The notes under the pieces: generated by a model
Seen by the model: only the letters and a program-made list of their open reading frames with translations
The model's database searches: none
Told to the model about the DNA's origin: nothing
Source: Candidatus Saccharimonadota bacterium
Lineage (GTDB): Bacteria > Patescibacteriota > Gracilibacteria > UBA4473
Direction: 5' to 3'
DNA length: 32,000 nt
NCBI GenBank assembly: GCA_963677105.1
Contig: OY781871.1
Span: forward strand, 930,001-962,000
Part shown: one piece after another, positions 7,566 to 17,450 of the stretch
Numbering within the stretch: position 1 is the stretch's first letter
How the letters are laid out: the number at the start of each line of letters is the position of its first letter
Made by a program: the position numbers and the translations under genes

Positions 7566-10500
7566 GTGAAAAACAAAATAAAAATCCTCCTGTTTTTATT
7601 AAGTCTGTTGTGCGGATTTTTTCCTATGAATGTGATCGGAGAAATTGCTTCAGTCCAGCCAGCAAGATTGTATAAAGCAACTCATGCAGACAATAATTAC
7701 GTAACATTTCCAAATGATATTGGGAGTTTAAAAGGACATACTGTTCGATTTAGAACAATCTATGATTCTACGGTTTCTACATATGGTTTATTTGGAGCAA
7801 CCGATTCAATAGGTCGTAGATTTGATATTTATTGTTATTCTGGTGGGTTTCGAGTATTTAATCCTAAAAATGCTACCTATTCGGAATACAGAAAATTTGG
7901 TGATTCTTTTGCCAATGGAGATCTTTTAGATGTAGAGGTTACATGGAGTGATTTGGATGCAGTTGCTCCTACAGTAATCGTTAATGGAACTACATTGACG
8001 AGTGGTTCTGCAGGAAACGTTGGACTAAGTGCTACAGTGAGCACGTTTTATCTTTATTCAATTGCAGTTGGAGGGGGAATAGGAAATTCTACATATGCGG
8101 GGAATAACTATCTTGGTGATGTGCGTGTTTATAATTCAAGCGATGAGTTGCTACACTCATGGCATTTAGATGAAGAAGAGGGAACAGTCGTGTATGACAG
8201 CATACAAGAGTGGGAAAGTGCAGAGTTAAATATTGGAAATGAGTTTATTCCATGGGGAGCTTCAGGATGGACTACACATACAAATGTTGCGGGAGGAGTT
8301 GAATTACAAAGTAATACAAGCGCTGGAAGTTATACTGGAGTTGATCTAGATATGACCTGTGGAGAAGCCGATAATAAAACGTTTCGAGTTCAAGCAATTG
8401 TTGAGGTAACAAGTATTGATACTGGAAATATAAATATAAAACTTGGTTCAGCTGGTGGTGGTTATACCGAATCAAGTGATCAGTATAGAATCTCAACTAC
8501 GGGGACATTTTATATTGATGAGTTAATGGTCAAAGATTCATATATCGAAGAACATTCAACAATTCCTTTTGAGTTTTCTACATCGACAGATTCAGGTACA
8601 ACAGCTACATATACGATTTCTGATATTTCTGTAAAAGAAGTCCATGCACCTTCTCATGGAACAATATACAATGCGACTGAAAACACTTTTTTTACAGAAG
8701 ATCCCCAATTTAAAAGTTATCAAAATGATTTTGGATACACAAATGTTATAAATAATAAAAGTGCGACTCGATATTGGGATACAGGTGTTACAGTTGGTTC
8801 TAGTGCAGATATTAATCTCGAAAATTTAAAGGTAGAAGCACTTCTTAATGTTCAAACAGCGACAGCGAATCAATATGCTTTTCGAGTAACAAACAGTGGT
8901 ACCGACGGAAGGTTCTATGTTCGAAGTAATGGAACAGGTGGATTTCAATTTGGAAATGCTGAAATATACCCCGTTTCCACAGGTTTATTTGAAGTAGGTG
9001 AATGGATAAAAGTAACGGCAGTAAGTCTTGATGGGATATATATAAATGATGTGAAAAAAATTGATACGAGTGAAGGGACGATTGGTACTCAAGCAGTAAA
9101 CACACCATTACTTATTGGAAATACTTCAAATTCTTTATTACAAGGCATAAAGTATTTTAAAATTTACGACGGAGACACTCTAATAAAAATAATAACAGTT
9201 AATGATGATGGAGAATTTGAAGATCAAGATGGGAATGTTTTAACAGCAAGTGGAACGGGAGATTATTCGAGTATGAAAATACCTGTTGTAATAGATAAAA
9301 TGGGAATGGCTCAATCGAATGATGTAGCAGGTGGTTCTTTAGACTCTACGTATTCAGGAATTACTAAGAATGAAATACAATTGGCAGAATCAAATGTCGC
9401 CCAATTTGATGGAACAGATGATTGGGTGAAAATTCCAGGTTCAGGAACACCTTTTGCGGGGAAAGCTTTTACTAGATTTGAAACTAAAATATATCCGACT
9501 TCTACAGCGACATATCTTTCATTATTCGATACAGGAATGGGATATCAAATAAAAGGATGGAGATCTTTTTTAAATTCTTCAAATCAAGTGGCAACACAAT
9601 TACATAGAAGTAGTGCTGTTGAGTCTATTACATCGACACTTTCTGTGAATTTGAATGAATGGAATACGGTACAAGTTGAAATTGATGAAGTTAATAAAAA
9701 AATGATTTATACAATAAATGGAACGAGTGAAGAAATTTCATATGTAAATGATTTCGTAAATGAATCTCATTCTGGTTATGCATGGGTTGGGTTTAGTGGA
9801 GGAATTTCCTATTACGGAGGTTTAATAGATTGGCTTGAATTTGATACAGAAGATAAAACCTATCGATATGATTTTGGAGAGGGAAATGGCGTTATTGTTT
9901 ATGATAGAGTGCCAACTGCTTACGGAGATAATTCAATAGTTAGTAATCTAGAAAATAGTACTCTAGCACCATATACAACTTTTACTTCTAATGGGTCAAC
10001 AGGATTTGAAGCAGTAAGTGATGGAAGCGGAAGTCAGTATTGCGGAACAGCAGATGAAATAAGTATAATAACTGGAGAGAGTTATTTAGTAGAATTTGAT
10101 TTAACTCTTAATAGTGGAACTGTGCCTTCTATAAGATTTTTATCTGGTGACGCAGCTGGTACGTCTTCAAATATTATTAATTCAGTAGAAGGTCATAATC
10201 AAGTTGTTTTAACAACTACAAATACCACAACTGCTAGAATGCAGTTTAACAATCTCTCAGCGGTTGTCGATTTTGAAGTTTCTAATTTAACTATTAAAGA
10301 AATCTACTATCCAATTAATGGAACAATCACTAATGCAGATATAAATACTTTTTGGGTCACAGATAACACAACTTCAGCTGACAATCTGGTGAACGGATTT
10401 AGTGAAGCCAATATGTTAAACGGAGTAGATGATAAAACATTGATAACAGACTCTACGAATCTAGGTGGAACGAGAGCGGTAATTACTTGTCGGACAGATT

Positions 10501-12560
10501 CTTCTACTCGACAAGCAGTATTTTCTGGAGCATTTGATTCTTCTATTATTTATTTTGATTCTAGTGGATTGTTTGGTTCTGGAACGGCTGGTACGAGTGG
10601 AGTGTCAACAATAAATGCTTGGAATGATGGAGAGTGGCATACTTTTGATATAACAAAAAATGGAACAAATGATTACACGATATTAGTAGATGGAGAGGAT
10701 GATAGTGGAGGAGCTAGCACTGGATATAGGATAACAAATGCTGTTGGTATTGCACACAGTAGTCCCTTACTTCCTTTTGATGGAGAAATTAAAGAGATAG
10801 CTATTTATGACAATAGTGATGTGGTATTAGCTCATTATATAGCAGTAAGCGAGGGTAGATTCCAAGACACGGTTTCTGGTAATTATTATTCCAGTGATGG
10901 AAGTGGATATAAACAAATAAATATTCCTTCTCAAATAGGAAATACGGGAGTAGATGTTAATGGAGATTTTTTGACAAATGTTCCGAAAGATCTGACGCAT
11001 TCAGTTCTTGCCTATAAGACAGTGGGAAGTTTTGATGGAGTAGATGATTATATTGCACTTGGAGATATTGTACCTATTTACGACAGTTCTTTTACTGTTT
11101 CTATGTGGATTTATCATTCAGCGATAGGGGATAGAGCGATTCTATTTGGAGATTATTCTGTTCCAGGATCAAATAATAGTATGAACCTTGAAATTCACAC
11201 AGCAAATCAATTGCGATTTTGGTGGGGAGGAAGTCCACAAGTATATGGTGCTAATAATACAATTCCTCTTAATGAATGGACGCATGTAACATTTGTGAGG
11301 GATAGGGAAAATAGTAAGGTGTATTCATACGTAAATGGCGTAAAAGACATTGATTACACAGGGGCAATTATTGATAGAACGCCTACTTCTGTTTCTTATA
11401 TTGGGCGCGACGGAAGAACAGGAGCAACTGCTTTTGAAGGAAAAATAAGCGATTTTCGTGTATACGATCGTGCATTATCTGATGCAGAAATATTAAAACT
11501 TTATCAGAAGGAAAATGTAGATTTAGGATTAGTTGCATATTATCCTTTTACAGAAGGAGCTGGCATAAACGTGTATGATGTGAAAGGAGATGATATTGCG
11601 ACAATAAAAGAGACAACTGCATCAGATTTTTGGGAGATAGATTCTACACTTCCATTTTCGCAATTAGAGAAAAATGGGTTCTCTCAAGCACTTGTAAATA
11701 CAACGGATGGAACGGCTTATACGCCAAGCAATGTTGCGTATGGAGAATGGGAATTTGATCTCTATAAAGATGTTGGAAGTAACGTGAATTTTGTTCCTTT
11801 TATTAATTCTGACTCTGGAACAGGGGCATTAATGGATGGTTATGGTATTTTCTTTTATCCCACAACCAATACCATAGATTTCAGAAGATATGACGATGGT
11901 GTTTCGAGTCCGTTAATGGCTACAGCGAGTGGTTATGTTGATAATAATACTTGGTATCGTCTTAAGATAACACGTTCTCTTTCTGGCGAGTTTACTATTT
12001 ATATTAAAGGAGGAAGTTTTGGTTGGACGGATTGGACTGAAGTAGTTGAAAGTACGGGTTTAAATCCAAGAACAGATAATACTTACACAACATCGAATTA
12101 TTTTGTCATAGATCTAGATGAAGGGGATGAAATAGCAAATGTTACGATTGGAAATCATAGAGCGACATTACATGAATTTGAAATGGGGACAGGGGAATAT
12201 GAGAAAAAGTTTCTTCCAGCAAAAAATGGAAGTGGAACTGATGTATTAGGGAGCATATTACGATTATTTGGTAATGATACATCAAGAGCTTATACAACTT
12301 CAGATTTAGCAATAATTGTTGCGAAGAGATTAGCAAAAGCAGGAGTAAATTATTGGAATTCTACAACACAAGAATTTCTGACTGGTCGAGCAGAAGGAAC
12401 ACTTGTAGATGTAACATTAAATACAGATAAAATGAAAACAACAAGCGAGCTAGCTACTATTAGTAGTACAAATTCGGCGGAAGAAGGTCATCATTATTGG
12501 GACACTTTGTTGAGAAAATTTTTAATAGGACTTGCAAACGGAACATTGACAGACTTTTAG
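7566..12560 (+). CDS. Giant secreted multi-domain protein with repeated LamG/concanavalin-A-like lectin modules and CBM-like beta-sandwich modules
   Basis: 1,664 aa with a GTG start. Signal-like N-terminus MKNKIKILLFLLSLLCGFFPMNVIG. LamG hallmarks recur: FDGTDDWVKIPG, FDGVDDYIALGD...NEWTHVTFVRD...FEGKISDFRVYDRALSDAEILKLY, LDEEEGT, FTEGAG. A module junction is duplicated at aa 351-376 and 905-930. Confidence 0.85.
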   Translation: MKNKIKILLFLLSLLCGFFPMNVIGEIASVQPARLYKATHADNNYVTFPNDIGSLKGHTVRFRTIYDSTVSTYGLFGATDSIGRRFDIYCYSGGFRVFNPKNATYSEYRKFGDSFANGDLLDVEVTWSDLDAVAPTVIVNGTTLTSGSAGNVGLSATVSTFYLYSIAVGGGIGNSTYAGNNYLGDVRVYNSSDELLHSWHLDEEEGTVVYDSIQEWESAELNIGNEFIPWGASGWTTHTNVAGGVELQSNTSAGSYTGVDLDMTCGEADNKTFRVQAIVEVTSIDTGNINIKLGSAGGGYTESSDQYRISTTGTFYIDELMVKDSYIEEHSTIPFEFSTSTDSGTTATYTISDISVKEVHAPSHGTIYNATENTFFTEDPQFKSYQNDFGYTNVINNKSATRYWDTGVTVGSSADINLENLKVEALLNVQTATANQYAFRVTNSGTDGRFYVRSNGTGGFQFGNAEIYPVSTGLFEVGEWIKVTAVSLDGIYINDVKKIDTSEGTIGTQAVNTPLLIGNTSNSLLQGIKYFKIYDGDTLIKIITVNDDGEFEDQDGNVLTASGTGDYSSMKIPVVIDKMGMAQSNDVAGGSLDSTYSGITKNEIQLAESNVAQFDGTDDWVKIPGSGTPFAGKAFTRFETKIYPTSTATYLSLFDTGMGYQIKGWRSFLNSSNQVATQLHRSSAVESITSTLSVNLNEWNTVQVEIDEVNKKMIYTINGTSEEISYVNDFVNESHSGYAWVGFSGGISYYGGLIDWLEFDTEDKTYRYDFGEGNGVIVYDRVPTAYGDNSIVSNLENSTLAPYTTFTSNGSTGFEAVSDGSGSQYCGTADEISIITGESYLVEFDLTLNSGTVPSIRFLSGDAAGTSSNIINSVEGHNQVVLTTTNTTTARMQFNNLSAVVDFEVSNLTIKEIYYPINGTITNADINTFWVTDNTTSADNLVNGFSEANMLNGVDDKTLITDSTNLGGTRAVITCRTDSSTRQAVFSGAFDSSIIYFDSSGLFGSGTAGTSGVSTINAWNDGEWHTFDITKNGTNDYTILVDGEDDSGGASTGYRITNAVGIAHSSPLLPFDGEIKEIAIYDNSDVVLAHYIAVSEGRFQDTVSGNYYSSDGSGYKQINIPSQIGNTGVDVNGDFLTNVPKDLTHSVLAYKTVGSFDGVDDYIALGDIVPIYDSSFTVSMWIYHSAIGDRAILFGDYSVPGSNNSMNLEIHTANQLRFWWGGSPQVYGANNTIPLNEWTHVTFVRDRENSKVYSYVNGVKDIDYTGAIIDRTPTSVSYIGRDGRTGATAFEGKISDFRVYDRALSDAEILKLYQKENVDLGLVAYYPFTEGAGINVYDVKGDDIATIKETTASDFWEIDSTLPFSQLEKNGFSQALVNTTDGTAYTPSNVAYGEWEFDLYKDVGSNVNFVPFINSDSGTGALMDGYGIFFYPTTNTIDFRRYDDGVSSPLMATASGYVDNNTWYRLKITRSLSGEFTIYIKGGSFGWTDWTEVVESTGLNPRTDNTYTTSNYFVIDLDEGDEIANVTIGNHRATLHEFEMGTGEYEKKFLPAKNGSGTDVLGSILRLFGNDTSRAYTTSDLAIIVAKRLAKAGVNYWNSTTQEFLTGRAEGTLVDVTLNTDKMKTTSELATISSTNSAEEGHHYWDTLLRKFLIGLANGTLTDF

Positions 12561-12564
12561 TAAC

Positions 12565-12596
12565 AAAAAAAACCCTTATCAGACGACAAGGGTTTT
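12565..12596. terminator. Bidirectional intrinsic terminator between the giant gene (+) and hppA (-)
   Basis: A8-CCCTT-(10-nt loop)-AAGGG-T4. The hairpin is followed by T4 on the plus strand and T8 on the minus strand. It lies between two convergent stop codons. Confidence 0.55.
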
Positions 12597-12642
12597 AAAT
12601 ATCAAATTTTAACTTTGCACTTTGTTATTTAAAGCAAAGCGC

Positions 12643-14673
12643 CTATCCCAATAATCCGTTTACCGAGAATAATCCAGCAAAAATTAATGAAACAACAGTC
12701 ATTAATTTAATTAGAATATTAATAGATGGTCCAGAAGTATCTTTGAATGGATCACCAACAGTATCTCCCGTAACGGCTGCTTTATGTGCATCTGATCCTT
12801 TTCCTCCATGAGCACCACTTTCGATATATTTTTTAGCATTATCCCAAGCACCTCCGGAGTTTGCCATAGAAATAGCAAGCATTACTCCAGAAACAAGTGC
12901 TCCTGCTAATAATCCTCCAAGAGCGGCAGATCCAAGTAATACTCCAACGGCAACTGGTACAATAACAGCCATTAATCCCGGAGCAATCATTTCACGAATA
13001 GCGGCAGTGGTAGAAATGTCTACACAACGTGCATGATCTGCTTTTGCTTTTCCTTCCATAAGTCCTTTTATTTCTCGAAATTGACGACGAACTTCTTCGA
13101 TCATATCAAATGCTGCACGTCCTACAGCAGACATTGTCATTGCTGAGAAAATAAATGGTAAACATGCTCCAAGAAGCAATCCGATGATCACCGTTGGCGA
13201 CATGATATCAATTGCTTGTAAGCTTGCTGCTTGTGAGTAAGCAGAGAATAGCGCAAGCGCTGTAAGTGCAGCAGATCCAATAGCGAATCCTTTTCCAATA
13301 GCAGCAGTAGTGTTTCCCGCTGAATCAAGTGCGTCAGTTTTCTTACGAACGTCTGCTCCAAGTTCTGCCATTTCTGCGATTCCACCAGCGTTATCTGCAA
13401 CTGGTCCGTATGCATCAACTGCGAGAGAAATTCCCAAAGTAGAAAGCATTCCTACAGCAGCAATAGCAATTCCGTAGAGTCCTGCAAAATGAAATGCAAT
13501 AAAGATTGCCACACAAATTAATACAACAGGAAATGCAACAGATCGATATCCAAGAGCAAGTCCTTCGATAATTGTTGTCGCGGCTCCTGTTCCCGTAGCT
13601 TCTGCTACTTTCTGAACTGGTGAGTGATGTTCTGAAGTATAGTATTCAGTAATTTTTCCAATAAGAACTCCTACAATAAGTCCACCGGTCATAGCAATGA
13701 AAACACCAAGTCCTTTATCTCCAAGAAAGTAGTTTGATAAAAAGTATCCTGCGATAACAACAAGAGCAGAAGCAAGCCACAATCCTCCGTGAAGAGCTGC
13801 TCCAATATTTCCTTTTTTTCCAACTCGAACGAAGAATGAACCAATAATAGAACAAATAATTCCAACTCCTGCTAAAGCAAGAGGAAAATAAATTCCGTTC
13901 ATTCCAAATACAGCAAACCCAAGAACCATCGCAGAAATGATAGATCCTACATATGATTCAAAAAGATCTGCACCCATTCCTGCTACATCACCAACGTTGT
14001 CCCCAACATTATCCGCAATTGTTGCAGGATTTCGAGGATCGTCTTCTGGAATTCCTGCTTCAACTTTTCCGACCAAGTCAGCTCCTACGTCAGCAGCTTT
14101 TGTGTAAATTCCTCCACCAACACGTGCAAACAATGCAATTGAAGAAGCTCCAAGAGCAAATCCTGTGATAACATTTAGAATTACTTTTGTTTCAATCCCG
14201 ATGTGCGTAAAGATTGCCATAAGCAATGTAAGTCCTAATAATCCAAGACCCACAACAGATAATCCCATAACTGCCCCAGAACGGAAAGCTACAGTCAGTG
14301 CTGATCCAAGACTTTTTCGTGCTGCTTCAGCGGTACGAACATTTGCTTTTGTTGCAATTTTCATTCCAAAAAACCCAGCAAGAACACTTGAGATAGATCC
14401 ATATATAAATGAAACCGAGGTCCAGAGTCCTTCATTAATTGCTGTAGATTTTTCATCAAGAAAGAAGAATAAAATGACAGCAAGTATTAATACGAAAATA
14501 GAAAGTACTTTATATTCTCGAGTTAAAAATGCCATTGCTCCTTCCGCAATAGCTTGTGCAATTTCTTGCATTTTCGCATTTCCAGCTGATTTTTTTCCAA
14601 TTAATATAGAAAAAATTACAGCAACCAGAAGCGAGGCGATACTGGTAAGTCCAATGATAAGAAAATAGTTCAT
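12643..14673 (-). CDS. hppA: Membrane-integral, K+-dependent-type H+/Na+-translocating pyrophosphatase
   Basis: 676 aa and polytopic. Motifs [47 protein letters not shown] and [21 protein letters not shown]. Confidence 0.95.
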   Translation of the reverse strand: MNYFLIIGLTSIASLLVAVIFSILIGKKSAGNAKMQEIAQAIAEGAMAFLTREYKVLSIFVLILAVILFFFLDEKSTAINEGLWTSVSFIYGSISSVLAGFFGMKIATKANVRTAEAARKSLGSALTVAFRSGAVMGLSVVGLGLLGLTLLMAIFTHIGIETKVILNVITGFALGASSIALFARVGGGIYTKAADVGADLVGKVEAGIPEDDPRNPATIADNVGDNVGDVAGMGADLFESYVGSIISAMVLGFAVFGMNGIYFPLALAGVGIICSIIGSFFVRVGKKGNIGAALHGGLWLASALVVIAGYFLSNYFLGDKGLGVFIAMTGGLIVGVLIGKITEYYTSEHHSPVQKVAEATGTGAATTIIEGLALGYRSVAFPVVLICVAIFIAFHFAGLYGIAIAAVGMLSTLGISLAVDAYGPVADNAGGIAEMAELGADVRKKTDALDSAGNTTAAIGKGFAIGSAALTALALFSAYSQAASLQAIDIMSPTVIIGLLLGACLPFIFSAMTMSAVGRAAFDMIEEVRRQFREIKGLMEGKAKADHARCVDISTTAAIREMIAPGLMAVIVPVAVGVLLGSAALGGLLAGALVSGVMLAISMANSGGAWDNAKKYIESGAHGGKGSDAHKAAVTGDTVGDPFKDTSGPSINILIKLMTVVSLIFAGLFSVNGLLG

Positions 14674-14702
14674 ATAAAAAATGGGTTAAATTTTCGTGGC
14701 AA

Positions 14703-14730
14703 ATTTTACGAAAAACCATGTAAAACGCAA
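14703..14730 (-). promoter_or_regulatory. Putative hppA promoter (TTGCGT-N16-TAAAAT on the minus strand)
   Basis: Reverse-complement reading: -35 TTGCGT at 14730-14725 and -10 TAAAAT at 14708-14703. Start codon at 14673. Confidence 0.3.
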
Positions 14731-14762
14731 ACTAAAATAACGAGTTGCAGATTTTAAAAATG

Positions 14763-15938
14763 CTAATTCTTCATTACGATCTTTATCCCTGGAAGTTCTT
14801 TTCCTTCAAGAAATTCGAGCATTGCTCCACCGCCAGTAGACACATGAGTAAATTGTTCTACGGAAAACCCCAGTGTTTTTAATGCCGCAACAGTATCTCC
14901 ACCACCAACAATAGATTTTGACATTTTATTTTTCGTGATAGATTGAGCAACAGCAATTGTCCCTGTGTCGAATGGTTTTTTCTCAAAAAATCCCACAGGA
15001 CCATTCCAAATAACGCTTTGACTATGAGAAATTACTTCACTGAAACTTGAAATTGAATGAGGACCAAGGTCGAATATTTTCATGTCGCCACTTACGTCTT
15101 CGATTGGTACATAAACAGAATCAGAATCTGGATCTGGATCACTTGCAACTTGAACATCAATTGGGAGGTGAATACTTGTTTTATATTCTTCTGCTAATTT
15201 TAAAACTTCTCTTGCTGTCTCAATTTCTTCTTCTTCGAATAAACTTTCTCCAATATCATATCCTTGTGCTGCCAAAAATGTGTTTGCAAGCGCACCTCCA
15301 ATGAGAATGTTTTCAGCCGTTTTTGCAAAGTGTTTTAATACAACCACTTTTGTTTTCATTTTTGCTCCACCAACAACAACTGAGAGTCCTTTGATTTTAT
15401 TAGTAGAAAGAAAGGGGGAGAGATGTTTGATTTCACTTTCAATAAGACGTCCAGCACATGTTTCTACACCTACTTCGGCAAGACCGACAACAGAAGCGTG
15501 TGCACGATGTGCAACAGAAAATCCATCAAGAACAAAAAGATCTGCCTCAAGTCCATCACGAATTTGTTTTGCGAAATTTGGATCATTTGATTTTTCTCCT
15601 TTCCAAAATCGAGTGTTTTCATGGAGCACTATTTTATCATCAATAGCAGTGAAATCAGAACGAAAATACACTTGTTCTCCCAATAATTTTGTAACAATAG
15701 GAACTAATATTTTTGTAGAAAGTTCGGGAACAATGTTTCCTTTTGGTCGTCCAAGATGAGTAAGTATGTGTACTTGCTTTGCGCCATTTTGCACTAAATA
15801 TTGAAGTGTTGGCATAGCGAGAATAATACGACTATCATCCGTAATTTTTCCGTCTTTTATCGGAACATTAAAATCTACTCTTACAACAACTACCTTGTCT
15901 TTTACGAGCTCAGGAGTAAGTGGTTTGATGGAAATCAT
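14763..15938 (-). CDS. pgk: Phosphoglycerate kinase
   Basis: The start is trimmed to ATG 15938 (MISIKPLT...), because the track start at 15992 is a TTG. Motifs RVDFNVP, THLGRPKG, GGAKMKTKV and STGGGAMLEFLEG. Confidence 0.95.
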   Translation of the reverse strand: MISIKPLTPELVKDKVVVVRVDFNVPIKDGKITDDSRIILAMPTLQYLVQNGAKQVHILTHLGRPKGNIVPELSTKILVPIVTKLLGEQVYFRSDFTAIDDKIVLHENTRFWKGEKSNDPNFAKQIRDGLEADLFVLDGFSVAHRAHASVVGLAEVGVETCAGRLIESEIKHLSPFLSTNKIKGLSVVVGGAKMKTKVVVLKHFAKTAENILIGGALANTFLAAQGYDIGESLFEEEEIETAREVLKLAEEYKTSIHLPIDVQVASDPDPDSDSVYVPIEDVSGDMKIFDLGPHSISSFSEVISHSQSVIWNGPVGFFEKKPFDTGTIAVAQSITKNKMSKSIVGGGDTVAALKTLGFSVEQFTHVSTGGGAMLEFLEGKELPGIKIVMKN

Positions 15939-15963
15939 TTTTTTGGGAAATAAATACACGTAA

Positions 15964-15992
15964 ATTATTGGGGAAAGTTTAGTAGGTATCAA
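15964..15992 (-). promoter_or_regulatory. Putative pgk promoter (TTGATA-N17-AATAAT on the minus strand)
   Basis: -35 at 15992-15987 and -10 at 15969-15964. It sits back-to-back with the gatB promoter. Confidence 0.3.
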
Positions 15993-15998
15993 ATTTTT

Positions 15999-16027
15999 TT
16001 CACAGGAAAGTAAAAATCAGTTACACT
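15999..16027 (+). promoter_or_regulatory. Putative gatB promoter (TTCACA-N17-TACACT)
   Basis: TTCACA 15999-16004 and TACACT 16022-16027. ATG 16035 is 7 nt downstream, with no SD. Confidence 0.4.
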
Positions 16028-16034
16028 TCTCAAG

Positions 16035-17450
16035 ATGGAATTGGAAGCAATTATTGGTCTCGAAATACATGCACAACTTTCAACGGCATCAAAACTTTGG
16101 TGTGGTTGTGACAATGACGCATTTGGAGCAGAACCTAATTCGCGAATTTGTCCTGTTTGTTGCGGATTTCCGGGAATGTTGCCCGTTCTAAATAAAGAAG
16201 CGTTGCGTTTAGCAATGCGAGCATCAAAAGCATTGGGATGTGAGATACAAGAGTTTTCAAAGTTTGATCGTAAGAATTATTTTTATCCAGACTTACCGAA
16301 TGGATATCAAATTACACAATATGATCAACCGTTAGCATTGTCAGGAAAAGTGGAGATTATACACAACGGAAAACATAAAAAAATAGGTATTACTCGAATT
16401 CATATTGAAAATGACGCAGGAAAATTGACACATGAAAAAAAAGGAACATTCATTGATTTCAATAGAGCTGGATCACCTTTGATCGAAATTGTTACAGAAC
16501 CAGAACTTCGTTCTCCACAAGAAGCAAAAATTTTCGCCCAAGAATTGCAAAAGATTTTACGAGCCGTTGGTTCCTCAGAAGCAGATATGGAAAAAGGAAT
16601 GATGCGATTTGATGCGTCAATTTCATTACGTCCCGTTGGAGACAAAAACTTATATCCACGGTCTGAAATAAAAAATTTAAACACATTTTCGGGATTAGCG
16701 CGTGCGCTTGAATTCGAAATAGAACGTCAAACAAAATTATGGGAGAAAAATGAACGTCCTCAATTAGAAACGACAAGAGGATTTGATGATGCGACAGGAA
16801 AAACGAAGTTGATGCGAAAAAAAGAATCAGCAGATGATTATCGTTATTTTCCAGAACCAGATTTGCCTCCATTACAGTTTACTCAAAAAGAAATAGAACA
16901 GTTGATAGGGGATTTGCCAGAATTACCGATTGAGAAATATATGCGTTATAAAAGCGAATTAGGGCTTACTGACGCAGAATCATTACGGTTATCTGAAGAA
17001 CCAGCATTGGCAAAGTTTTTTGAAACAGCGCTTGAAAAATCAACAGAACCACGAAAAGTGGCGAATTTATTATTATCAGTGGTATTAGCAAAAACAAATT
17101 GGCAACAAACAGATATTACGCCACAACATTTAGTAGAAGTGGTAGATTTGATTTCAGCAGGAAAAATATCGTCGACTGGAGGAAAACAGATTATAGAAGC
17201 GGCAATGAAAATGGGAAAATCGGCAATAGAATTAATGGATGATCTGGGGTTGAAACAGGTTTCAGATACGGGACAGCTTGAAGAATGGATTAATGAGATG
17301 TTAGAAGAAAACAACGAGACAGTAGAACAATTTCGTGCCGGAAAAGAGAAAGTATTAGGGTTTCTTGTGGGACAAGTTATGAAAAAATCATCAGGAAGTG
17401 CAAATCCATCTGTGGTTCAAGAAATATTATTGGGAAAATTAAAGCAATGA
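16035..17450 (+). CDS. gatB: Asp/Glu-tRNA(Asn/Gln) amidotransferase subunit B
   Basis: 471 aa. IGLEIHAQL, CPVCCGFPGMLPV, KNYFYPDLPNGYQITQ, RIHIENDAGK, and a C-terminal YqeY-like tail GFLVGQVMK. Confidence 0.95.
   Translation: MELEAIIGLEIHAQLSTASKLWCGCDNDAFGAEPNSRICPVCCGFPGMLPVLNKEALRLAMRASKALGCEIQEFSKFDRKNYFYPDLPNGYQITQYDQPLALSGKVEIIHNGKHKKIGITRIHIENDAGKLTHEKKGTFIDFNRAGSPLIEIVTEPELRSPQEAKIFAQELQKILRAVGSSEADMEKGMMRFDASISLRPVGDKNLYPRSEIKNLNTFSGLARALEFEIERQTKLWEKNERPQLETTRGFDDATGKTKLMRKKESADDYRYFPEPDLPPLQFTQKEIEQLIGDLPELPIEKYMRYKSELGLTDAESLRLSEEPALAKFFETALEKSTEPRKVANLLLSVVLAKTNWQQTDITPQHLVEVVDLISAGKISSTGGKQIIEAAMKMGKSAIELMDDLGLKQVSDTGQLEEWINEMLEENNETVEQFRAGKEKVLGFLVGQVMKKSSGSANPSVVQEILLGKLKQ

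Noticed and set aside
7566-12560. The giant LamG gene considered as a prophage tail-fibre, or as a diversity-generating retroelement target.
   Set aside because: No reverse transcriptase, template repeat, integrase or phage structural gene occurs anywhere in the window. The flanks are nadK and hppA.
12613-12639. Inverted repeat ctttgc-N15-gcaaag just downstream of the hppA stop, considered as a separate hppA terminator.
   Set aside because: It is a 6-bp stem with a 15-nt loop, which is weak. The adjacent hairpin at 12565-12596, followed by T8 on the minus strand, is a better terminator.
14165-14668. A 167-aa plus-strand ORF inside hppA. Similar long antisense ORFs lie at 15280-15759 (in pgk), 22003-22473 and 22672-23016 (in proS), 28745-29182 (in carB) and 16946-17314 (in gatB).
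   Set aside because: These are shadow ORFs opposite strongly conserved genes. Their sequences are low-complexity or Ser/Arg/Phe-rich with no recognisable motif and no promoter or start context.
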